Shown here: positions 53,807-64,000 of the stretch, piece by piece | Layout: the number at the start of each line of letters is the position of its first letter | Numbering within the stretch: the stretch's first letter is position 1 | Origin: Chrysomallon squamiferum | Lineage: Eukaryota; Animalia; Mollusca | DNA length: 64,000 nt | Assembly (NCBI GenBank): GCA_012295275.1 | Contig: CM022676.1 | Coordinates: 18,476,001-18,540,000 of the forward strand | Direction of reading: 5' to 3' | Notes under the pieces: model-generated | Seen by the model: the letters and a program-made list of their open reading frames with translations, nothing else | What the model was told of the DNA's origin: nothing | Databases searched by the model: none | Made by a program: the position numbers and the translations under genes

Positions 53807-54995
53807 GTTTTCACTACAAACAATAATAATAATAATAATGATAATAATGGAATGAGGAGAGAAAGAAATTGTTCACACATTCAACTATATCAATTCTTAC
53901 AGCGAAAATAAATACAAAAAAAAAAAAAATAATAAATCGGAAAATGAAAAGGGAAATAAAAGAAAACGAATAAATATATAGAAAACCGATACACTATAAA
54001 AAGAAATAAATTATGCTTATATGAACGATTAATATGATGGTGTCGACGACAACATTAATTATTATTATCATTATTATTATAAACAGACATGTCTGGTCAC
54101 ATCAGGTAAACAAACGAATTTCAAATAGCAATGTACTTATGGCCATTTATATCAATTTACTCCTCGAAAACACAAAACAAATTTCCCTCTGTGATACATC
54201 TAAAACGAAACATTATGTAAGAAAAAAGTAAGAAAATAAGAAAAAATAGAGAAAGAAGATGGGATGGTTTTAAAGTAGAAACAATAAAAAACACATTGTA
54301 ATCTCAAAACTTCCTGATCGATAATTTCTGATAAGCGACTACTTTCTGTTTAACCTCAACTATAGAGTGCAGGTATAACCGATCTAAAAATAAAATAAAA
54401 CATATAGCAAAAGCCGTTAATAAATAATAGGGTTGTAATAATAATAATAATAATAAAAACATACAAAAGATAAGTTTAAAATTTATATATCCTTGAGGAC
54501 GATGTGATAAATTCACTGTTAATACATTGTGCACATAAGTGCGGAAATAAAAGAAAAAAAGAAGCATTGGTCTACATTATGAGAAGAAAAATAATAGCAA
54601 TAACGACGCTACATTAAAAAACAACCACAACCGAATTACTTCCAATAAACCAAATAAAAAGGAAATAGAAAGAAAATCAGTATATGAGATAATATTATTA
54701 AATTCTTCATCCGTAAGATCCATACACCAGAATTGTAAATACAATTTCGCTATCTGACAATACATTTTCAAGTCAGGCTTTATGTAACCTTTTCCATGTC
54801 AATATAAAAGAACACCTCACACTATAATGACCTATTTGTTAGAGAACTAACTCTGATATACCTAAAAATAATTAAACTAAGAAGACTCGAATCATTAAAA
54901 CATAATAAATTATAAAATATCACCCGCTTTCAACATGGCCGACTTATTTCACTTCTGCTTTGTTTACGTTTAGCTCCACTGATAAACACGTTGAC

Positions 54996-55003
54996 TGACG
55001 TCA
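54996..55003. promoter_or_regulatory. Palindromic CRE (TGACGTCA) upstream of the BTB gene
   Basis: Exact octamer with a neighbouring half-site ACGTCA (~55013), ~1.2 kb upstream of the ATG exon. The motif match is the only evidence. Confidence 0.3.
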
Positions 55004-55162
55004 AACATCTATACGTCATCAAGTGTCACTTCTCAGATTTCAGTGTCAGATTATAATAAACAAATCATGTACGAGACACGTACACTCATCTTAGACTCAT
55101 TTTCCCTTAAAGCAGATTATATTCATTTAATGCAGTCCTATTGCATTGTTTACATTCGTGTT

Positions 55163-55197
<35 letters not shown>

Positions 55198-55775
55198 AAT
55201 AATAATAATTTAAAACGAAAAGCGGAAAAACAAGAGTAAACTATTAGTTTATAACTATATCGATGCCAACTGCAATCGATAATTTCTTTGAAACGAGTAC
55301 TTTCTGTTTAATAATTCTACTATTCAAAACTGAGATATAAATAAATAAACAGAGAAACAAATAAATAAATAAATTGAATTAATTAATTAATTACAATAAA
55401 ATAAAATGAATACATTAATAAATATATAAAATAAAAGGAAATAATCACATACATAAAAATATTGCATAGAGACAACAATAACAACAATAATGGAATTAGT
55501 TTAACACTACTAATAATGATACTCTCGCAACAACGGCTGCTACTCCTATGCTGCTGCTACAACTACTGCTGCTGCCACTTCTACTATTGAAACTTCTACT
55601 ATTACATATCCTGCTACCATTACAACTACCACTAATGTTATTATTATTACTTCTGCCACAAATGTGTATTTATTTATATATTACGAACAGTATTTATTTT
55701 TCTGAGGGAGTAAGATATAGAAATCAGATCTAACACACACACACGCACACACATACACACACGCACACATATAGA

Positions 55776-55807
<32 letters not shown>

Positions 55808-57491
55808 CAACAACAACAACAACAGCATACTAAAGGTTTTTTTTCTAATCTTATCGTGTGCATGTCTTATTTCTCTGACGATACTCACGTGACCAGTCTA
55901 TCAAGATAGAGCTAACACGTGACTGTTTGTTTCTTATGTAGGTCAGATAAAAACAGTGTGTCACACGAGAACAAAGCTATAGCTGGGTGTTATTTACAAC
56001 GATCTGACAAATTCATTGTTAATGCAGTGTCTGCGTATAAGAGTAGAAATGAACAGAAAACGTGTGAAATTATTTAAACTGTGAGAAGATATATAATCTC
56101 AATAACGACGATAATGACAAACAAAATAACAACAAAATTACTACCAACAAACAGACTCTTAAATTAAAAACAATACAATTCTACGAGCTAACATTATTAT
56201 TACGTTAATATTGGCTCGTTCCATACACTTGGTGGTAAGTAACACTACGTTGTCAGACAATATACTTTTCAAGTCCGGGTCTACATTATACATTTTCGTG
56301 TCTTTTAAAAAATATCGCACTATAATGATCAGTTTGCTTGTCACATCTACAACTATAACAGCAATATTGTTTTTATGTTTGCCATTGTAGATGAAAGCAA
56401 ATGCAATATTTTATACACTGGTTGGAACAGATGATAGACCAATACGAAAGCTAAGTTAAACGAAAGGGAAGAATGAAAAGATGACAAAAAGAAGAAACAA
56501 ATGAAAGAAGGAAGAAAGTATATAATAAATGTTTTAATTAACGACACTGTAAACACATTTTGTTTACTGATTTGTGTGTGTGAAACTTGCTGTTAAGGAC
56601 TGCTGAAATAAAATGAGAGTAAATCTGCAGTCGCCACATCAAGGGTTCTTCTTTCCAATTAGCAGGAAGTGCCATTTTATATAGACAATTAGATGAACAG
56701 AGTAATATGTATCAACCATTGGCTCTCTTTAAGCAATATACTATTTTTGTTTCTTTTTAATTTGTTTAGATGTTATTATTATCAACCAGTTTCATATATA
56801 AACAAATTACGACTAGAAACCGTGTGCTGGTCAAGACTAATGAAAAGCAATCACGATATAAACGATAAATAATCAAAAAAATCTGCGAATTTCTAACTTG
56901 TATGATTCATATTAGCCTTTAGGACACTTTCATTCATAATAACGTTTTTCAGATAGTCTGGTTCAGTATTAAGATACTTATTGACAATACAGATAAAGAG
57001 AGCGCTACAGGGTGAACATAAATGGTGTAGAAAATATGTCATTGCAGAAACAAAGAGGGTTGTAAGAGATTGGCAGAAGAGGGTGTTTAGTTAGTTGTAA
57101 TGTTGTTTAAAAACAGGTTTTTCACGTTCACAGACTGATGACTCGTAAAGGATAGTGTTTATTCAGGACAGTCTTTAAACAGGATATTACTTATACAGGA
57201 TACTATATTTACATGAAAATGTTTACAGGAATTAGCAATCTTAACGTTAAATTTAATCTTAAACCGACACTAATACCAAACCTTAATTAACTCTAAATAC
57301 AACAACGTTTCTGATATTACTGACTTGAATCCTATCTCTACATCTGTGCATCTGAACCAGTGAATAAACATCATGATAATTTTATCTCAAAGTGTATTAT
57401 TATCCTAATACAACCCGAACTATCACTCTAACCTTAATGTTATCACATCACAGATCTTAACCTACATCAAACAAACAAACAAACAAGCAAA

Positions 57492-57522
<31 letters not shown>

Positions 57523-57655
57523 AATAAAATAAAATGAACCGTTACATCCCGATTAAGAATATATAATTTCTGGACAACCGATTTTCAAATCCTGATATAA
57601 ATAATTATATTCAAACAGACACACACAATCGCGCGCACTCATCCATTGATAGACA

Positions 57656-57839
<184 letters not shown>

Positions 57840-60287
57840 AATAATGCTTCCTACCTTTAAGACCTTCCTGGTGAGAATTTCTGTTTGACGGTTTTTCTGT
57901 AGATCACTGAAGTGAGAATCTAAAAATAAATAAATAAATAAATGAAACATATTACATGTTCAATACTGCTGATTTATTTTAAGAAAATAATAGCACGGTA
58001 TACATTAAGTCACAATGAAATGCAAACTACCTTCAAATCTCAAAACGGCTGTCTGCTTACACAAAATACGTGCTTGTTTGTTAGTGGTTTTACTGGAGCT
58101 GGCAACACGTCACTGACATAATTTCTGTGTCGCTGTTAATAAACGTGTCTGCTGATAACCACGTGACTGAAATCTGACGTGCTACAACTCGAAATGTGAG
58201 TGACGGTAGATGTATGCATATCTTTTGTGACGTATAATTTGTGAAGCGTTTGCACATTCCTAATATTCAATACTTGTAACATAAATATTATAGTAAGAAA
58301 CACCCTTAATTACATAATGGCAAAAATAAAATAGAAATATAAAATAAAACTTTTTTCAATCCATAAATAGATGTGACATACTTATATTTCATACAAATAA
58401 TTTTGCCCAAATAGTTCAGTTTTCTTCATGTCTAGTTGTTTCATTGTTTATCTTGCAAGAATATTCTTATCCATGTGATAACACATGTTCATAATATCTT
58501 AGAATCCATTTAAGGTTAGTTGTTGGTGTTTGCATTGTGATTTAACTGCTTGGCAATTAACAACATTAAATATATTATGCTATCTTTTATTATTATTTAT
58601 TTTACAATATCATGAATATGTAGAAATTTTATCATCATTTATCAAAATTAATATTTTATAAAACTAGATTATTATTGTTATTATTATTATAACATAGGTA
58701 AGATAGCAAAACAGTTTTAAAACAGTTGTAAATCATCATTTTATTATTATTGTTTTTTCCCACTTTGTTTTTAAAATTTCTTGACTGATTAACAATAGTT
58801 ATCTATACTTAACATTATAATCCAGCCATTACATTTCTAATGTATTTACTGCAGTCATTTTTATTAAATAAATTTATTTATATGTTACTTACATGTACTA
58901 ATTTATGAAGCTGGTCTAAGGGGAGATAACTTGTTATTTAATGTGATATATTTTGGGGGTTTTTGCGGGGAGGAATTATTCATTATTTTATTATTATTTC
59001 ACAGTTAAAATGATTATTTGCATAATTTAATTTTTAATGTCATGTACTTCAAATGTTCATTTTTGGTACTAAATGTAGATAATGTTTGGTTTTATTTTTC
59101 TTACTGACTAGTTATTAATAACTTTACTGTAATGATCAAGACTAATGTTTCAATAAGTAAACTAAACTATACATTTTCACTTTATTTTTTGAAATATTCT
59201 GGTTGCCATATATTAATTATTTAATATTAAATTGTACAATTTTTTTTTCTATTTTTTTTCCCATTATAACCTAGTTATATATATATCTTAAATTGTTACA
59301 CTGTGTTTCTGCAGAAACGATATATTAATTTGGAATATAATAATTGAATATTTAAGATTTTTGAGAGAAAATTTGAATATTTTATGAAATAGATTTGTTC
59401 TGTTTTTAACATGTAGATGTACTTGCTGGACAAATTTTAAAACTAGCTAGAGAAAAGTAAAAATCTTACACATATAAAAAAACAAATTTATTTTGAGACT
59501 GTCATTTCTTTTAAATATTTCTGATATTATTAGTAAGCTATAAACAGTATGATAACATAGTATTTATATATTTGTGAAGAAAGTTGAAATCAGAACTGTG
59601 TTCTAATAAATCAAAAACAAGATTTGATCATACACTGCTAAAATTCATTAGTAGCAGAATGGTATTAACCACATCAGTCATCTTTAACAAATATATTATA
59701 TTCTGCTGTTGATATGTCATGTATGCATGAATAAAAATACTTCAGATTTGTATTTTGTAAACACAGATATGAACACCTTCACTGTGTAGCACACAAAAAC
59801 CTTAGTTAGTAAATCATAAAACAAAACATTTCACTTTATATTTGATCATAGAATTTTGAAATAAATAAAAGTACAGTGACATTATGAAATTAAAGCATTA
59901 AAATATTCAGCTAATTAGAATAAATGCTAAATCTTGATCAATAATAATAATAATAGTAATGATAATAATAATGATAATAATAATAATAAATGCCGCCCAT
60001 TAGTTATTTACAGATATCAGTTTGTTTAATGAGGTTTAACAAACTGTAAGATTTCAACTAAATACAACCCCTGAAGGCTAAACTTTATAATGAAGTTTTG
60101 TAACAGAACTGGTCTTGTAATCATAAATAGAACAATTTTTATAACTACACTAAAGTCTTACATTATAGTCAAGTTTTACCACTAAATAGAAATCTTACAA
60201 ATAGAAAAAAGTTCTATTATTAAACTAAGGTCGTATAAATTAAAATTTGTATAAAGTTTTGTAACAAAAATAAATCTTATAGCTCAC

Positions 60288-60551
60288 CTTCTTGTAAACT
60301 CTACTGGTTTGCTGTTTACATTATCCAGCACAAACAAACTTTGTCGGTTTTATGCTAATTTGTTTCAGAAATCACGTCAGGTCTGTCAGTTACAATAACA
60401 ATGTCACTGATGCTACTGGTTGCTGTACAAGTGGCTGGGACTGAATGACACTGGCTGCTTGCAATGCAGTTGTTGTCTGATCAGGACACTGTATCACATT
60501 AACTGCCGATGTCACCGATGCAGCCTGCTGCTGCTATACAACTGTCTGCAT
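60288..60551 (-). pseudogene. Decayed exon encoding a Q/V/T/S-rich low-complexity segment
   Basis: Strong acceptor (cttttttattcactcag|) and donor (AAG|gtgagc), 264 nt; MQTVV*QQQAASVTSAVNVIQCPDQTTTALQAASVIQSQPLVQQPVASVT; stops in all three frames. Confidence 0.4.
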
Positions 60552-61364
60552 CTGAGTGAATAAAAAAGAAAAGTTGTAAAAAATAAAAATCACTAAAGAG
60601 TATGGTCATACAGATTCCACTGGTGACATTTCTTAAACAGAAAACTACACATAAAATGAAAACAATTTAAAATGTTTTACCTCGGCTATATACTGCATTT
60701 CACATTTATTAGTTCACTTACATCTCCTTGCTTAACACCTGTCATCTGAGTGTTTGTGTCACATTCCATAAACTGCACTAGGCTTTCTTTCTTCTTATCA
60801 GAAAACAGTCAACACTAGAGTGTGATAAAGTAGTGTTTTGTTAATAGTGTTAAAATAACTTACAACAAACAGCAAAGTCTTTTACTTCTAAGCTCAAGTT
60901 TATAACAGTTCGGAGACATCAACAAAGATGTCTAAATCAAATTACAATTCTCTATGTTAATATTTACACAGCTTCGTTAACATTTTAAGACAAAAGTCAG
61001 TCATACTTGAGAAATACTAATGAAAACTCACACACCGATACACCCACACACAAACACAACTGATAGGGTTTACCTTCATATTCTTGATTACTGCATATTT
61101 CTGTAAAGTGAAAACATGTTAAAAGTAAATTCATTTTACTTATATCTGAATAGAAATGTGATTTCTTTTTTTCTACAAGTTATAATAGAAGAAGCATTTG
61201 CTCGTAGTCCGATATGTTTCACGTGTCGGCTTACATTAATTTGCCAACATTTAAAAATAAATATATATATATTTTTTAACTAAAATAGCCATACAAAATT
61301 TGTCCTAGTCATTCAAATGAACTCATAAGAAATGTTCAAACAAACTTTGACAAAAATGGAATTA

Positions 61365-61434
<70 letters not shown>

Positions 61435-62061
61435 GCGGGTAACTAACCCTAGTGGAACTGAAATGGAAAATCAATAGCAAATTCTAGGTAATAGCGTTAT
61501 CTCCCATGACTAATTGCTCAGTCAACCAACCGATAATTCTTTAACCTAACGGTTTAATAGTTCCCTAGAAATGTTCGCTGGTGTGACCTTAGCCAATTAA
61601 TGTTCGAATGGAAGAAGAAAAACAATAGCAAATACTTCGTTACAGATTTATCTCCTACGATTACTTGTTCCGTTAACAAACCGATAACTTTAACATATCG
61701 GGCTGGAAGTGCTCGCTGGCTTCATTGTAGCATTAGTGTTTATAAATATAAGTTGGCAAATTAAGGTCAGCCGATACGTTCAACTTATGGAACTACAAGC
61801 AGTTATTTTATGTGAAATAAATACTTGCGATAAAATTATTAACAGTGGCTCTTATGTTATAACCTGTAGAAAACATCGGTCAAAAAAAAATAATCTGTTT
61901 AGGGCGACTAACCCATAGTTTTTGTTTCTATAATTTCCCGGTCGCCTAAACCGAACATATCACTAATTCAGTAATTGTATCTTGTGATAACTTTTAATAT
62001 TTTGTGACATTGGCTGTTACCTGTTGAACTTCATAACTTCAATAAGTTATAAAATCTGTAC

Positions 62062-62095
<34 letters not shown>

Positions 62096-62557
62096 GAAAC
62101 AAGAGCAACAACAACAATAATAATAAGAAGAAATAAATTTTACAGTGCACTAAATATACGTGTATATATTTTTTTTCTCTGACGATGCTTCAATAACACG
62201 TGACGTTTGTTTGTGATGTACGTGAGATAAAAATAGCATGTCACTGCTATATGACAAATACAAAGGTATACTAGGGTGTTATTTACAACGATCTGACAAA
62301 TTCATTGTTAACAAACTCTCTGCCCATAAGTGTAGAAATGAACCGTGAAAATATGAAATTATTTACATTTGTCATCATTTCAATAAAGACGATATAGACA
62401 ACCCAATCAATAGCAGCGATAGAAACAAATACAATAACATATTATACACTGGTTGAAACGGGTGATATTTCAAAAGGAACGTTAGGTAAGAAGGAAGGAA
62501 CTAATGATGAAAAAAAGAAAGACTGAGATGAACACACGCAAAGAAATAAAAAATATA

Positions 62558-62634
<77 letters not shown>

Positions 62635-62854
62635 TAAATTAAATTAAATTAAATTAAATTAAATTAAATTAACACAATATAAAACACATTGTAGTTTCAA
62701 ATTAGTTACCTGAAAAATTTCTGATAATTTCTGTTTAACTCTGCTATTGATCACAGAGATCAGGGATCTATAAATAAATAAATAAATAAAATGACATAAA
62801 GTAAAGCGAAGTAATCAGATATAGCATAAACTATAAACGGTACACTGAATTCTA

Positions 62855-63195
62855 GAGATACCGGACCAATTATCCGGCGTCCTGAAATCCCGAAAGACCA
62901 GAAAACCAGAACTTTTTCCCGACGTAATTTTCATACTTTGCGCGCGCGGGTTTTGTCCTCACCAGACCGGAACTACTCTTTCAAGCCACGTGCTGTTCAT
63001 TCACTCGCCGCATTGTTTACGTGTCGAGCTCTCACAGTTGTGTATCGTCAATTTTCTTTCTTTATTTATTAATTTGTAATTTGTTTATGCCTAATTATTC
63101 AGGAATTTAGATGCCTTGGGACCAGAAAACCGGAAAATCCAGAAATTCCGAATGCCTCAGGCCCCAAGGAGTCCCGATAATTGGTCCGGTACCTG
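62855..63195. mobile_element. Tc1/mariner-pogo class MITE
   Basis: TIR core TACCGGACCAATTATC and GATAATTGGTCCGGTA, TA on both sides, internal CCAGAAAA(C/T)C sub-repeats, 341 bp. Confidence 0.85.
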
Positions 63196-64000
63196 TATTT
63201 AGGTGATAGTATTACAACTACTGCTACTGCAACTGCTACTACTACTACTACAAAAATAATAATTATTATTATAATGACGATACCATTATTATTTTTATTT
63301 CTTATTCTTATTTTTTTATTTAATATTGTTGTTGTTGGTGTTGTTATTATCAACTATTCTTCGATATTCCCCATAAACCAGTGTGTTAGGTTTATGAAAA
63401 AAAAAATGAAAAAAAACGCGTTGAAGAAAATTCACACAAAAAATGTATAGCCTTTACAAAATAGATTACAAGTTCAAAATGTCTGATCTGATTTAAGTAA
63501 AAGTAATAACAGTACGGCATATATTAAATTACAATAAAATACACAATACCTTCAAATTTCAAAATGTCCGTCTGCCTGAGAAAGTACGTTCTTTCTTGGT
63601 GAGTGTTTTCCTGGAACTGACAACGTCCTGTTTGACAGGTCACTGAAATATCTTCTGTGTATCGCTGCTTACAATGTCGTCTGCTCATAAACACGTGACT
63701 GAAATCAGATGTCGTACAGGTCACGGCACCTTTAGCGGTAAATAAATGCACATATTTATTACATACAATGCGTGCCGTGTAATGTAAGTGTGTTTCAAAC
63801 CTGTTAAATATATATATTTTTCATTACTTATTTTGTGTGTTAAACATTTATTTCTCACACTATATTGATGAAAAACTGATCGCTAACAAGTGTCTGTTAT
63901 GTAGGTCAGATTAAAATAGTGTGCTAATTTTTACTACAAAACACAATCTCCTTTTCATGGTCTTTTGTATACTCACTTCTGTTGAATTCCTCAGCGAACA

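Noticed and set aside
56615-56720. Fragment resembling a gastropod SINE core from memory
   Set aside because: Short and diverged; it cannot be supported without a repeat-library search.

Overview
AT-rich, intron-containing animal DNA with dense microsatellites and one 200-N gap; the Ig-domain style and BTB-PHR gene suggest a lophotrochozoan such as a mollusc (inference). It is not prokaryotic and has no CRISPR array. By splicing by eye I can reconstruct three genes. (1) A + strand type-I membrane receptor of 9 phase-consistent exons (3887-24688, ~470 aa, 5' end not found): SRCR(group A)-Ig-Ig-FN3-TM and a short tail with an ITAM-like YDNL-x12-YEVL pair. One tail intron holds a 12.2-kb 32-bp satellite with higher-order structure, and a duplicated intron may have created a new in-frame 66-nt exon. 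(2) A - strand signal peptide + Cys-rich Ig gene (33352-34205), next to four near-identical ~2.07-kb tandem copies of a broken signal-peptide/half-Ig gene fragment bounded by (GA)n tracts. (3) An intact two-exon BTB-BACK-PHR gene (52300-53806, -). Also present: a dead Tc1 (DD34E to K), two MITEs, a Gypsy/Gmr1 gag remnant, nested local duplications with TSD-flanked inserts, and duplicated promoter-like blocks with CACGTGAC motifs. The best candidate for an interesting system is a repeat-driven, rapidly diversifying invertebrate Ig/SRCR immune-receptor locus. All calls come from manual reading; no database search was run.
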